64,000 nt of DNA from positions 155,256-219,255 of the forward strand of contig JAAOMT010000571.1 of NCBI GenBank assembly GCA_016748015.1, in the 5' to 3' direction. This DNA is from Geosiphon pyriformis uo1. Lineage: Eukaryota > Fungi > Glomeromycota. Numbering within the stretch: the first letter of the stretch is position 1; each line of letters starts with the position of its first letter. A program made the position numbers and the translations under genes. A model generated the notes under the pieces. That model saw only the letters and a list, made by a program, of their open reading frames with translations. It was not told the origin of the DNA and searched no databases. Of the stretch, positions 51,601 through 64,000 are shown one piece after another.

Positions 51601-52822
51601 TACTACTCCACAATCCTTTAATGAATTGATTAAAAACTTGCACCACAGTGTAGTAGTCCCTTTTGATAGCTAATATTTGATGCAAGATTTGATTGAATCA
51701 TCTAAGATAAGTAGTTACTGCTTTGTGATCTTTTTGTTTAATTATGCTGAATTGATTCTGCAATCAGATTAATGTATTGGGGTCACAGAAGTATTGCAGA
51801 AATACGAGTTTAAACTCAGTAAAGGAGGTAGGCTTCTCTGCCAGGCTCTAATACCATGAATTGGTGGTTCTAATCAGAAAGAATGGCAGTGCCTGAACTG
51901 TGTAGTCGTTATTTCAACCATTAGTGGTAATTGCTTTCTCAGCGTCCACGATTCAAGAATATGTATTATCTTCTTCACCAGAGAATTTTTCCAATTTAGT
52001 GATATCCCAGTAAGCCATGATCTGGTTAATGAGTGAGGTGTTACTGGTTATGTTTAAAGAGATTGGTGTCTGCGTATTCGAGTGTTCTCTGGATGCTAAT
52101 GCTGGTTGCTTTCCTTTGTCGCTTGAACCAATAGGTTGTAAAATAGCTGTTTCTTTTATCAGAAGAAATGCTGATTCTACTAGGTTTTGTGCTGGTTGCT
52201 GTTCCCAAGTTGACAGGTTTCCTTCTGTTTGACTGGCTGCTGGAGTAAGATTTCCAAACAGTGATCCATATTCTCCTAGTGATTTGGTCCAACTGTGTTG
52301 ATTCTAAGGATGTAGATTTCCAGGAGTTCGTGGTATTTCCGACTGGGTTTCCAGGGGTGGGTTGAATACAATTCTACTTTGGAGTGTCTGATGGTATGAT
52401 GGAGTTGTTGGGGAGAGGACCCTTGGTTTCTTGTTGACCGTAGACTTGGCTTGAGCAGTTATGGAGTTGTTGGATTCGTTTTCGTATTCCTTAGGATCAG
52501 ATTCCATTGGTTGTTGTACTTAAGAGAATCATTATGCCACGTAATATTTAATGTCTGTATCAATTATGCACAGAGTTTCAGCAATTGCTCAGGTAGTCGT
52601 GGCTGTTGAGTACTCTAGTAAGCTTTGATAGATTTGTTCTTCAAGTCTTTCTGTATCAGTTGTGTGGCCTAACAAGCAGTCAATTTTTGCGTTGATATAG
52701 TTACAAAAATCACTTTTTGCGTAAGCAGTTCCTGCTGGTATTTCTAGGTCTTTTTGAAAATATTGAAATAGTGCTTTTCCATATGAGGAGTGGTCCTTTC
52801 CTATTGTTCCAATAGTCGCCAC
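45655..52822 (-). pseudogene. gag-pol of C (gag, CCHC, PR, Cys-rich domain, dUTPase, RT, RNase H, IN)
   Basis: CYYCQKPEHITHDC; KLILNSESAGSIIT; DASFDL...GFGSSG; MPFGLCNA; KWDGPF. Confidence 0.92.
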
Positions 52823-52884
52823 TTTTATGTATTTTTGGGGGTGCTCTGTCTCTGTGGATTTATAATCTCACAGGGAGCACCAAA

Positions 52885-53977
52885 TGTTATGGGTAAACTT
52901 GGTAGATATGAGAAATGGTAATGTTTGGTGCTCTTAATTATTGATGATGCATTTTCCACGTAATTTTGTTGGCTTAATCTTAATTATCAGTCTCTGAAAG
53001 TCTATTCCTGGATGTGAATTTTACCCGTTGAGTTCTTTGGTTATAAGGCACAGAGTTTGTCTTTCGTCGATTGCAATGTTTTTCATAAATGTGAGCTTTT
53101 TTCTCCGAGCTAATGAGTGCAGTTGTTAGGGTCTGGCATTGTCTTTTCACCCTTCTGGTAAGCTAATAAGATAATGTTAATATCCAAAACTTAGGGGGAG
53201 CTTCCTTCTTTTACCAGGCTATCACAAAGTCTATTCCCAAACAGTCAATTTTACTATGTTGCTGCTCCACAAAAAAATAAGACAGAAAAAGAAAAAAAAA
53301 GAAAAAGAAAAAAAAAGAAAAGAGAGAAAAGATAAATTAATATCATCAATTACCATGATCAAAAGCAATTGGTCCAAATCATTAATAGGTTTGAGGTGGT
53401 TATGCTAAGAGCATCTGTTCTAGAATGGAGGTATGAGACAAAGGTTAATTCACATAAATTCCATGAAGTTTGAGAACATGAATTCATGATTCTGATTTCT
53501 TTTAATAATTGGTTTATTTCAGGAGATGAAATAGGGAAGATAATAAAGGATAAAAGGGTATGGATATTTTAATTTCTGGTCTAGAGGTTTGTATCTATTT
53601 TTTCTTCTCTGTCTTTTCTCACTTCTACAATTACTTGCTTTTATACATTCTTTTGGTTTTACAGGATTGCTTTCAATTGTCTCGCTATTGTTAGCTATTG
53701 CTTTGTTGTTTCTGTTATTGCTTCATTTTTCTACATTATCGCTAGTTATTCTATGTTATAACACGTTATCTGACGTTATTACATGTTATTCTGTGTTATC
53801 CTGCATTATAACATGTTATTTTACGTTATTGTGCACTATTCTGTGTTATTCTGCATTATAACATGTTATCCAACATTATAATGCATTATCCAATATTATT
53901 GCATGTTATTCTGTATTATGTTATGTTTTGGTCACATTTCTTCATAACTTTGGATCAGTTTTTCTACTCGGGTAACA
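52885..53977 (-). repeat. 5' LTR of C (1093 bp)
   Basis: TGTTAT...GTAACA termini; abuts PBS TGGTGCTCCCTGTGAG. Confidence 0.94.
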
Positions 53978-54343
53978 ATGTTAAGGATAGTCTGGTAAAA
54001 GACCCAGAAATAAGGGTAGGATTTTATATATTATCAAATAGCTTACCAGAAGGGCATGACTGCCAGACTAAATCTGGCCACCATGCTGAGAAAGAAATTG
54101 AGAAAACTCTTGGAAAAATACATCTATTATTGACACTATTAAATCTCTGTCCATTATACAAAAGATTCTATTAAAACCTTTAGATATAACCCTTGCAGAA
54201 CCTCATCCATAGAAGTAGCTTTTGAGCACCAAGTTACAGGTTTGTTATTTAATTCAACAGCAGAAATAATCACCTGTAACATTTGGTGCTTTTTGTGAGA
54301 TATAATCTTACAGAGAACCAGCACCAACAAACACCATCCAAAA

Positions 54344-57300
54344 GTGGCAGAATCAGAAAATATAGGAGCAAACCATTTAGGATTCGCAAAATTCTTATTT
54401 CAACACTATTGTCAATACTTGAGATTAAATCACAATCATATATTTACTGAATCAGCCTTCAATTTCTACGTCAACAAAAAAATTTCCTCTTTATTAGGAA
54501 CACCAGTGAATACTAAATCAGCAAGAAAAACTTTCTATAGGGAGTTAATTCAAAACACCAACCTACCAACAAATCATAATTTCACATCCATTATTACTGA
54601 GATCAACAAAGAAATTGAACACCACACTCAACAAAGATATCTAATTACATACGCTAGTAAAGGCAAGGGAAAACTACAAACACCAGCAGTAACACCCAGA
54701 AAAATACAGCCACCTACTTGGAAGAAAAACAGAATTGAATTCCCAAGCAACTCATTCTACCACTATACACTTGGAAGCACTATCAACATATCATCAACAG
54801 ACATGTTCCCATCAACTGCAACATCAGCATTTGGATGATTCCTATTCCAAAGTAGACAGAAGAAAACAGAATTATTAGGACCATACAGCAAATACTTTGA
54901 GAGATTTAATTCATGATCATCAACCCCATTAGGACTTTGATCACCACCACCTCCACCAGATTTCAGAATCTCTGATCCATGGGAAGCAGCAGAATCAGAA
55001 AAAGAAGAAAAAGAATCAGAGAATCAAGAATTTACTTACCAGCACCCGATCACTAAAAACTCAGAAATTGAAACCCCGAATTTTAAAACTCAGCAAAATC
55101 TAAATCTAGAAAACCTGAAAATCAAAACTCCGAATCATCAAAGGCAGAACAATCCAAACCCCGAATTAATTAATCAGCAAAACTTACCTCTGGTAATCAT
55201 TATTGATCAACCGCCAATTAATCCCATAGTTGAACTCATACAACAGCCACTTCAACTATCACCCCAATAACCAGTACAACAACAACTGCTTCAACAACCA
55301 CCACAACCACTTAACTTAGATCCAATGGCCTACGCACCAATCACAAAACTTGACAACTTTACTGGCGAAGAAGATGATACTTAAGTATGGCTGAATGATG
55401 TAGAAAAGACCATTGCAGCCAATTAGAATGATGTCCGAACAATGCAAGCCATTCCCTACTTTCTCAAGGATACCGCTAATTCATGGTATCAGAGCTTGGT
55501 TAATAAACCACAAGATTTTAATGTTTTCAAAGTGGAATTCCTAAGATACTTCAGCAACAATAACAGCATCAATTGTCTAGTCAATACATTTATCACCATA
55601 AAACAAGGAGAAACTGAAGTGATCACCACTTACCTGAGATGCTTCCATTAAAACCTGTGCCAAGTTCAAGCAATTGATGCCAACTATTTCACAGCTCCAC
55701 AGATACTCAACCAGTTTATTCATGGCCTGTGCAGCAGCATCTTGCAACATGTACGTCCATTGCATCTAGGCACCCTTCAAGACACAGTCACAAGTGCCAG
55801 AGATTTTGAATCCGCTAAGTCAGAAGCTAACTATGCCCAAGCCGTTAATCTAGTAATGAACGGATCATCTGAATTGGATTCCAAATTGGAAAAGTTTAGT
55901 GAATCAATTAATAAGAGATTGGAAGAATACTTAGCTGACAATCACGCCATTTATCAGTCTCTACAATGACACAATAATCAAGAAAACTCTAATTGTGCCA
56001 AAAATCAACCATGACCATCTTCATTGACCAATCAACAGTGACAACAGGAAACACATATCTGTCACTATTGTAGTAAACAAAGACATATCCAAATTGACTG
56101 TCACCAGCATTTAAATAATCAACAATCAGGAAATTAATATCGAAACTCTGATCGCCAGTTCCAAACTCTGAATCAGTACCCAAATCAAAACCAACCCACT
56201 TATCTACCAGTGATGCAGTCATCAGTCTATCAATCTCTGGTGTATTAAGCTTCAATCTATCAACCACAGCCACAAGTAATTTATCAACAACTGCAGCCAC
56301 AAATAATCTATCAACCCCAACAAATCCAAACACCACCCCAAAACTTACCACTCAACAGAACCCAAAGACTGAGAATGACTCAACAGAGCTGGAGATCGGT
56401 GATAGTAGTCCATTAACTGATCCCCAGTTCTTCACAGCAACTATCTGGATTACACTAGCAGAATTCAGATGCCGGTCAACCCCAGAACCCGAATTTCCAG
56501 AACTATTTAAGTCTTCTGGTCACTCCAGAAGATGCCTCAACCAATAACCTGGCATTTGCCCAAAAACAACCACTCACCAGTAATATTCCACCTGCTACCA
56601 TCACTGAAAACAAGTCTTTGGCTGCTATATTCCCATTCAAATTTGAGGAAACAACTGCAACGCCATTATTTAGTGGAGCTGCTTTTGAAGCCAAACCAAT
56701 CACTGCAATGTACACTGATGCCAAAGTCGAGGGACAATTCATCAAATTGATCCTTAACAGCAGTTCAGCAGGCAGCATCATCACACAACAACTCATGGAT
56801 CAATTAGGTTGCCAAGTTGATCGAGCTGCCAGCGCCAGAATCATCACAGCCAATAAAGTAACCAAAACTCCAATTGGCGAAATCGACGACTTCCCTTTCG
56901 AAGTCAATGGTATCGTGACTCCCATTAAAGTTCTAGTGATGGAAGCCACTCAATACCAAGCTCTCATTGGTAATGACTGGTTATCTAAAGTCAACACGAC
57001 ATTAGACTGGAACATCCAGAAACTCCAGCTAACATATCAGGGCCAACACATATGTGTACTGGCCACATATGGCCATTTCAAAACTTCTCCAAGAGAGAAA
57101 CTATTGATCAAACTGGAGGAAGAGAAAGAGAAACCTACCTGGGAAGCTTACCAAGTCTTCTGGGCTGACGCTAACCACAATGAACTACCACCAATACTCT
57201 CGTGAAATAACAATCCTAAGGGAAAGCAAAAAGAGAAACTGACCTGGACCAACAATGAATAGGAAGAACTATTGAGTTGGGAGTGGAAAGAAGAAAAGGG

Positions 57301-60300
57301 AAAAGAGAAAGAGAGAGAGGAAGAAAACACTCAAGCCAACAACACTTATATCCCATACACCTATGGTTAACAACAATCATTGACCAATCACTGACCCAAA
57401 CTGATATGCATTGACTGTGGCAAGAAATTGTCATCAATAGGTGCATGCTGTGGCGACAATGAAGAATATCAGATAGCAACCAAGTTCTATTGCCACGCAT
57501 ACCATGTTGAATGTTTTGGAAGACCAAAATGAGTGGGAAAATGGGATAATACACCATGTATAACTTGTGGAGAAACTCTCCTTAACAAAGGAATGTAAAA
57601 CGACATTCTGGAGAGAGGAAGAACATGTGATGTGTCCTACCAATACACGATCTTCATCAGTAACTGGGTCAAGAAAGGAACACCCATAGAAGCCACCTGG
57701 AGAAGAGCTGTACAGCAATTGGACAGTTGTCCACATGACGATGATGAAATATGGTGGATAACAATTGCCAAAATTGAAGGTGCGTCGCCAGAAGAAATCA
57801 GAACAATTAAAAACAACTCACCAGAATCCATTGAGCTTGACTGGGACACAGAGCCAGTCATAAATTTTCTGGAACCAGAAGAGTTCCATAAACACTACCA
57901 AAACTTGGCACTCACTAGAGAAAAGCAAAAACAACAGCTAGCACAGTTAAATACAAAACTGTGTCGCCATTGTTTAATTCCCAGTAACTTTGAATATTGT
58001 GACAATTGTGATCTCATTTACAATCTACCACCACGCATGATCTACATGATCCTTAAAAAAGAAGAACCAATTAGCAGCTGTGCATCAGAATCAGAATTGC
58101 TGATCAATTGCGATTCAGACTCCGACAACGACGATAAAAACACCGGTTCCAGCTCTGTTCAAAATGGCAATAACAACAAAGGCAATTCAAACTCAAATTC
58201 AAACTCCGATTTAAACTATGAACAATACATTGCACTACTAGATCTTTCCAAGGAACAAGAGTTGAAATGGTATAGTGACAATGGGGAAGATATTATGCCA
58301 GAACATGTACATGATACTAATGCAGGGTTAGATCTGAGATATCCAAGAAAAGAGGCCATCAAATTGAAACCACATTCACACACTTGCATTGATCTGAAAG
58401 TAGCACTAGAAATTCCGGCAACAACAATAGTTCAATTAGCATCTAGGAGTAGTTTAGCGAAAAGAGGGATTAATATAAGAGGAGGAATAATTGACGTGGA
58501 ATATGTAAGAAATATTATCGCTATGCTACAAAATGACTCAGAAAAGGCCTATATAATAGAGCTCAATAAAAAGATAGCACAGGCAATATTTCTGCCTCTG
58601 GTTAGAGTAGCTCAGTTAGTATCAGTGGAAAAGAGTGAGGAATTAGGAATAACAGCAAGAGGAATATAGGGATTCGGATCAACGAGTAGAAAAGATGTAC
58701 CAGTTAATATGGCAGAGAAAGAAATTGTTGGCCAAGGAGAAATTATCTCAACCAGTCAAGCTATTTCCATTTCACCATATAACCAGTACATGCTAACAAT
58801 AGAAAGGAAGGAAAAAGACCAAGCACAAATTTTTGAAGCAGAAGCCAGTCTTTGTGAATCAGGAGAAGTTGAACTCATTAATCTCCATATACCTGCCAAA
58901 AATTACAGGCACATCAAAATTTCCATCTACAACAATACAGGAAATGTCATAGAAATACTAGCTGGAATTGTTATTGGATACTTAAACACTAAAATGAAGG
59001 ATCAACCACCAAACCCCATTCCAGACTTTCCACAACTTTGTGGATATGTCAATATCACATCACAAATAATATATGAATGAAGTAAATGTTATTTGCTCCA
59101 ACCAGAACAATTGGAACAAATAAACATAGGAAACTTAAATCCACTCCAACGTATGCAACTCAAGATGTTGCTCAACCAGTTCAATAACATCTTTGCCAGC
59201 AAAAATGAGTTTGGCTGAACTGACATCATCTAACATCAGATCAAGACTGAAGATGCAATGTCAATTAAACAAAGAACATACAAAGTGCCACTAGTCAGCC
59301 ACAAAATTATTTGTCAAGAAATAAACCGAATACTTGACAATGGGCTAATTCAGCCATCAATGAGCCCATGGTCATCACCAGTGGTACTCATCCGTAAGAA
59401 AAATAGAAAGATCCGATTTTGTGTAGACTACAGAAAACTCAATGGTGTAACTTGTGGAGACAGCTATCCAACTCCACAGATACAGGAATTATTCGATGCT
59501 TTTGGCGGAAACAAATGGTTCTCAATGTTAGACCTAGATAGTGGTTACTGGCAAGTAGCCATGGATCCAGCCGACAAAGAGAAGACGGCATTCACCACGA
59601 GAGAAGGGAATTTTGAATTTGAAGTAATGCCATTTAGTTTAACCAATGCACCAGCCACTTTCCAATGACTAATGGAAATTGTCTATACTGGCTTATTGTG
59701 AAAATCAGTAGTTGTATACTTGGATGATACCAATGTATTCTCAAAAACATTTAATGATCATCTTCATCATCTTCAACAAGTGTTTGAAAGACTAAGAAGA
59801 GCAGAGTTAAAGTTAAATACAACAAAGTGTTTCTTTGGCAAGACAGAGCTAAAATTCTTGGAACATATAGTCAGCAAAGACGGCATTAAAACAGATCCAA
59901 AGAAAATAGAGATAGTAAAGAACTTTCCAGTGCTAACCAATATAACAGAACTGAAATCATTCTTGGGATTCACCAGCTACTATTGACATTTTATTAAGAA
60001 CTTTTCCAAGATAGTGCAGCCACTCAACCAACTGCAAACCAAGAATACCAAATATGAATAAGCAGAAAGTCAACAAGAAGCTTTTGACATTTTGAAAAGA
60101 AAACTCATTCAAGCTCCAGTACTGATTTATCCAGATCACAGCAAACCATTCATCATCACCACCAATGCATCTGGCCAAGCATTAGAGGCAGTATTATCTC
60201 AGAGAAGACCAGATGGCAGAGAACATCCAGTAGCATATGCCAGCAGAGGTTTAATCCCAGCCAAAAAGAACTATAAAACACCAGAACAAAAACACTTAGC

Positions 60301-61893
60301 AATATACTGAGCAGTCATAAAATGGAAAGAATACTTGAGCCAGAAGTTTGAAGTATACACAGATCACAAAGAATTAACATCACTCCAAAAACAAAAATTT
60401 GGAGATAGAAGACAGTCAAAATGGAAAATGGCACTCACACCATACAATTATACTATACATTACAAAAAAGAAAAAGACAATGAAAATGCTGACGGTTTGT
60501 CACAAATGAGACAAATCTAAGAATATTTTAACACAAAAATATAACAAAACCAAAACAATACCAACGAAAAATATAACAAAAGATGAACACACAAAAATAT
60601 CAACAACTGCAACATTATATAAACACTCAACAGTTTAAAGAGAATTTATCTCAAATGGAATGAAAGAGTATCAAACAACAATCAAAATATTTTATTACTT
60701 ACCAAAATATACTTTATCGGAAAAATAGAAAAAATCCAAATCAACCAACCAGAGTAGTTACAGAACCAGAAAAAGAGACAATATTATTTAACATGCACTC
60801 AAATCCAACAGCAGGACATTTTCACAAAGAAGCAACTATGGAAAAAACCAGAAAAAGATACTATTGGCCATCAATGTATCCAAACATTATTCAATATGTT
60901 CAAAGTTGTGACTGTGTTGAAATTGATCTAGTTGGACCATTAACAATCACCAGTAGAGGAAACAGGTACATAGCAGTAGCTATGGATTATCTCACTAAAT
61001 GGCCAGAGGCGAAAGCAATTCAAAGAGTGGATGGAGAATCCGTTGCTGAATTTGTCCATCAGGATTTGATCTGTTGACATGGATGTCCAAAAGAATTATT
61101 ATCAAACCAAAGAACTCATTTTGTGAACAAAACATTAACAGAATTGAGCCAAAGATTCAGAATTAAGAGACCACTATCGTCACCATACCATCCACAAACC
61201 AATGGATTAATCAAAAGATTCAACAGAACATTGTGTGAAGCAATAGCTAAACTCAGCCAAGAAAACCAGAATGATTGGGATTTGTTGATACCATCAGTAT
61301 TATTTGCTTATCAAACAATGAAGCAAGATACTACACAAGCAACACCATTTGAATTAATATATGGTAGAACAGTAACACTACCAGTGGAAATAGAAGTCAG
61401 CACATATCCAACTGAACCAATAACAGAAGAGAATTTCAAAAATACATTGTTGAGAAGAACATATGACTTAATAGAAACATTAGAAAACAAATGACGAAAA
61501 GCAGCTGATAACATACAAAAGTCACAAGAGAAACAAAAAGAAAGACATGATAACCAACTACCAGATAAACCAGTTGAATTCAGGATTGGAGACAAAGTAC
61601 TACTACATCGTACCAAAGTAGAAAAACAATGGAGTGGAAAATTTGACCCCAAATGAGACAGACCATTTCATATAGAAGAAATTCTAGGAAATAGAGCTTA
61701 CAAATTAAGATTGAATAACAAAATCTTGACCAAAGCAGCACATGAAGATTAACTGAAACCATATTACCATATAGTATCATCATCCATTAGTAATATTCTA
61801 CAATTAGGAGTACAGAGAATATTAGTCCAACCAGATGAAATTCCACGAGATCTGGAACCAATCATTATTATTGACAACAACATGTTCAATTAA
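54344..61893 (+). pseudogene. gag-pol of B
   Basis: Colinear with the A polyprotein, including dUTPase (~58296-58690), RT and integrase; short deletion in the integrase zinc-binding region near 60912. Confidence 0.93.
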
Positions 61894-61916
61894 TCGACAA
61901 AAGAATATATAAGAAT

Positions 61917-62576
61917 ATGGTCAATGCAACAAAAGAAAGCAGAAAAATGGAGATTATAGATAATATCCATTCACTAGCCCAACAAATTTTTCAATTAATC
62001 CAACATCAGGAGATGGAAATTACCATCAATCAACAAACCATTCATTACAAAAATACAGTAAAGATACCACAAAACAAAGCACAAAAAAAACTTGAAAACA
62101 TGGTTGACAAGATTATAACTAAAATAAAATTGGCCATGAAAGAACAACAAATAGTCGGATTACACCAAGAACTTATCAGAGAAACTTGGACTTGGTGGAT
62201 ACAACAATTTCCAAGAAACTATGGTTACTTTTACTTGAGACAACACATAAATATCCAGAATCTATATACAAATAAAACAAAGTGATTATTTGACAAAAGA
62301 ATACTACAACAATTAGAACATTTTGTGGGAAAAAACAACTTATCCACACAGGCTCAAGCTATATACCGAATACACACAGCATTTTAGGATCAACCAGAAA
62401 TCTTATTCAACAAAACAATGGATATGGTTACCAGTAATCAATTGGGAAAAATTACTAATACTCAATTTAAAGAATTACAGACTCAAATAACACAAGTAAT
62501 TCTCGAAAATAAAATTCAGAAAATACTTCAAGAGAAAGAATTAAATGAATTGGATTTCAATGAAGCTCAATATTAA
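61917..62576 (+). pseudogene. ORF3 of B, ~219 aa (internal stops)
   Basis: MVNATKESRKMEIIDNIHSLAQQIF...LDFNEAQY*; the stop codon overlaps the PPT. Confidence 0.8.
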
Positions 62577-62589
62577 AAGAAGAGAATAA

Positions 62590-63479
62590 TTTTACTCATA
62601 GAATATAGGAAATATAGTATTATTAGTCAGTAGATATTAGCCAATCAGAAGTAGATGTAGTAAATGTGGAATTCCAGAATTTCTCTTAGAGGAATTGCAG
62701 AATTCCAGGAATTTCAGGATTCCCCAACAAAGAATTGCAGGATTCCAGAATTTCAGGATTCCTTTCATCAGGAATCGCAGGATTCCAGAAATCCCAAAAT
62801 TTCTGTCGCAAAGAATTGAGGAATTGAGGAATCTCAATTATATATATATAGCAGTAGGATTAGAAGCTGAAAAGACAGACCTCTCAGTTTAGATTTAATC
62901 TAAGAAACATTCCAGTTCCTATTTATCAAATAAATAATTATTTCATATCTCAACCCACTCTCTACTATCAACACTTTATGTTGATAGTAATTGATACTTA
63001 ATTATGCTGGAACAATAGCTCTTGATCATGACTATTGATGAGATACTAACATACCAAATTGCCTTGGCTTATTTTCTTTATTTTCTTTATTTTTATTTTC
63101 TTTATTTTATTTTCTTTCTTTTTTGATTTTGTTGTTGTATACTAATTGATTAAAAGATTAAGCACTGAGTTATTGACATCAAGAATAGCCTGGTAAAAGA
63201 CCCAGAAATAAGGGTAGGATTTTATATATTATCAGATAGCTTACCAGAAAGGCATAACTATCAGACTAAATCTGGCCACCATGCTGAGAAAGAAATTGGG
63301 AAAACTTTTGAAAAGATACATCTATTATTGACACTATTGAATCTCTGTCCATTATACAAAGGACTCCATCAAAACCTTCAGATATAACCTTTGCAGAACC
63401 TCATCCATGGAAGTAGCTTTTGAGCACCAAGTTACAGGTTTGTTATTTAATTCAACAGCAGAAATAATCATCTGTAACA
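62590..63479 (+). repeat. 3' LTR of B (890 bp)
   Basis: Follows PPT AAAAGAAGAGAATAA; matches the reassembled 5' LTR; ends TGTAACA. Confidence 0.94.
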
Positions 63480-63799
63480 ATAGTAATATGGTTTCAATTG
63501 ATCACTATGTGCTGCTTTGGCTAAGATTTTGTTGTTTCATCTTAATTTATAAGCTCTATTTTCTAGAATTTCTTCTATGTAAAATGGTCTATCTCATTTG
63601 GGGTCAAATTTTCTACTCCATTGTTTTTCTACTTTGGTATGATGTAGAAGTACTTTGTCTCCAATTCTGAATTTGACTGGTTTATCTGGTAGTTAGTTAT
63701 TATGTCTTTTTTTTGTTTCTCTTGTAACTTTTGGATGTTATTAGCTGCTTTTTACCATTTGTTTTCCAGTGTCTTCATTAAGTTATATGTTCTTCTCAG
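63480..63799 (-). mobile_element. Continuation of the element D integrase
   Basis: Aligns with A ~1280-1600 and joins 43057 when B is removed. Confidence 0.85.
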
Positions 63800-64000
63800 T
63801 GTTACGGGATGGTTTTCTTGTTATATTTAATTGCTGATATCCCGCTTTAATTGCAATCAGTCTTTTGTGAGTTCCTCAATTCTATTTGTGTGATAATGTC
63901 ACTGTTACACTAAAGGCTTTCTTTTTACTGTTGCGATGTAAGTTATTCTTTAATTCTTGATTGTTGTGTGTGTTTATGTACTCCTTCTCAGAGGCTGAAC
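63800..64000. repeat. Start of another LTR (E) inserted in the D integrase
   Basis: Abrupt switch from integrase sequence to TGTTACGGG...; runs off the window. Confidence 0.6.

Larger units (their letters stand above)
43648..53977 (-). mobile_element. Ty3/Gypsy element C (diverged family, dUTPase-bearing), full length
   Basis: LTRs 43648-44825 and 52885-53977, PBS 52867-52882, PPT AAAAGAGAGGGATAA, TSD ACAT/ATGT. Confidence 0.95.
43058..63479 (+). mobile_element. Ty3/Gypsy element B (closely related to A), 5' LTR split by element C
   Basis: 5' LTR 43058-43647 + 53978-54281, PBS 54284-54299, gag-pol, ORF3, PPT, 3' LTR 62590-63479; TSD ATGG/ATAG. Confidence 0.93.

Overview
AT-rich, intron-containing eukaryotic DNA, most likely fungal (the gene and TE content suggests an early-diverging, Glomeromycotina-like fungus; this is inference). 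A ~15 kb island of intact host genes (24.8-39.4 kb) holds a Nup160/Nup120 nucleoporin, an ELO fatty-acid elongase, eIF2B-epsilon, ERG26 and an unknown membrane protein. It lies between two blocks of decayed retroelements. The left block contains a Ty3/Gypsy element (A) inserted in the 3' end of a LINE, a full-length APE-RT-RNaseH LINE, and two ORF1-only 'half-LINE' elements that share the LINE 3' UTR. The right block is a nest of LTR elements: D is interrupted by solo LTR F, by element B and by LTR E, and B's 5' LTR is itself interrupted by element C. The junctions show recognisable 4-bp TSDs. The three near-complete Gypsy elements (A, B, C) share an unusual layout: a probable GUG-initiated gag-pol, a Cys-rich domain, a dUTPase plus a dUTPase-like repeat between PR and RT, and a conserved non-env ORF3 that ends on the PPT (ORF3 is also present in D). 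The most striking signal is repeat-associated, transition-only C->T decay with the hierarchy CpG > TpC > CpC >> ApC/GpC, which differs from canonical CpA RIP.
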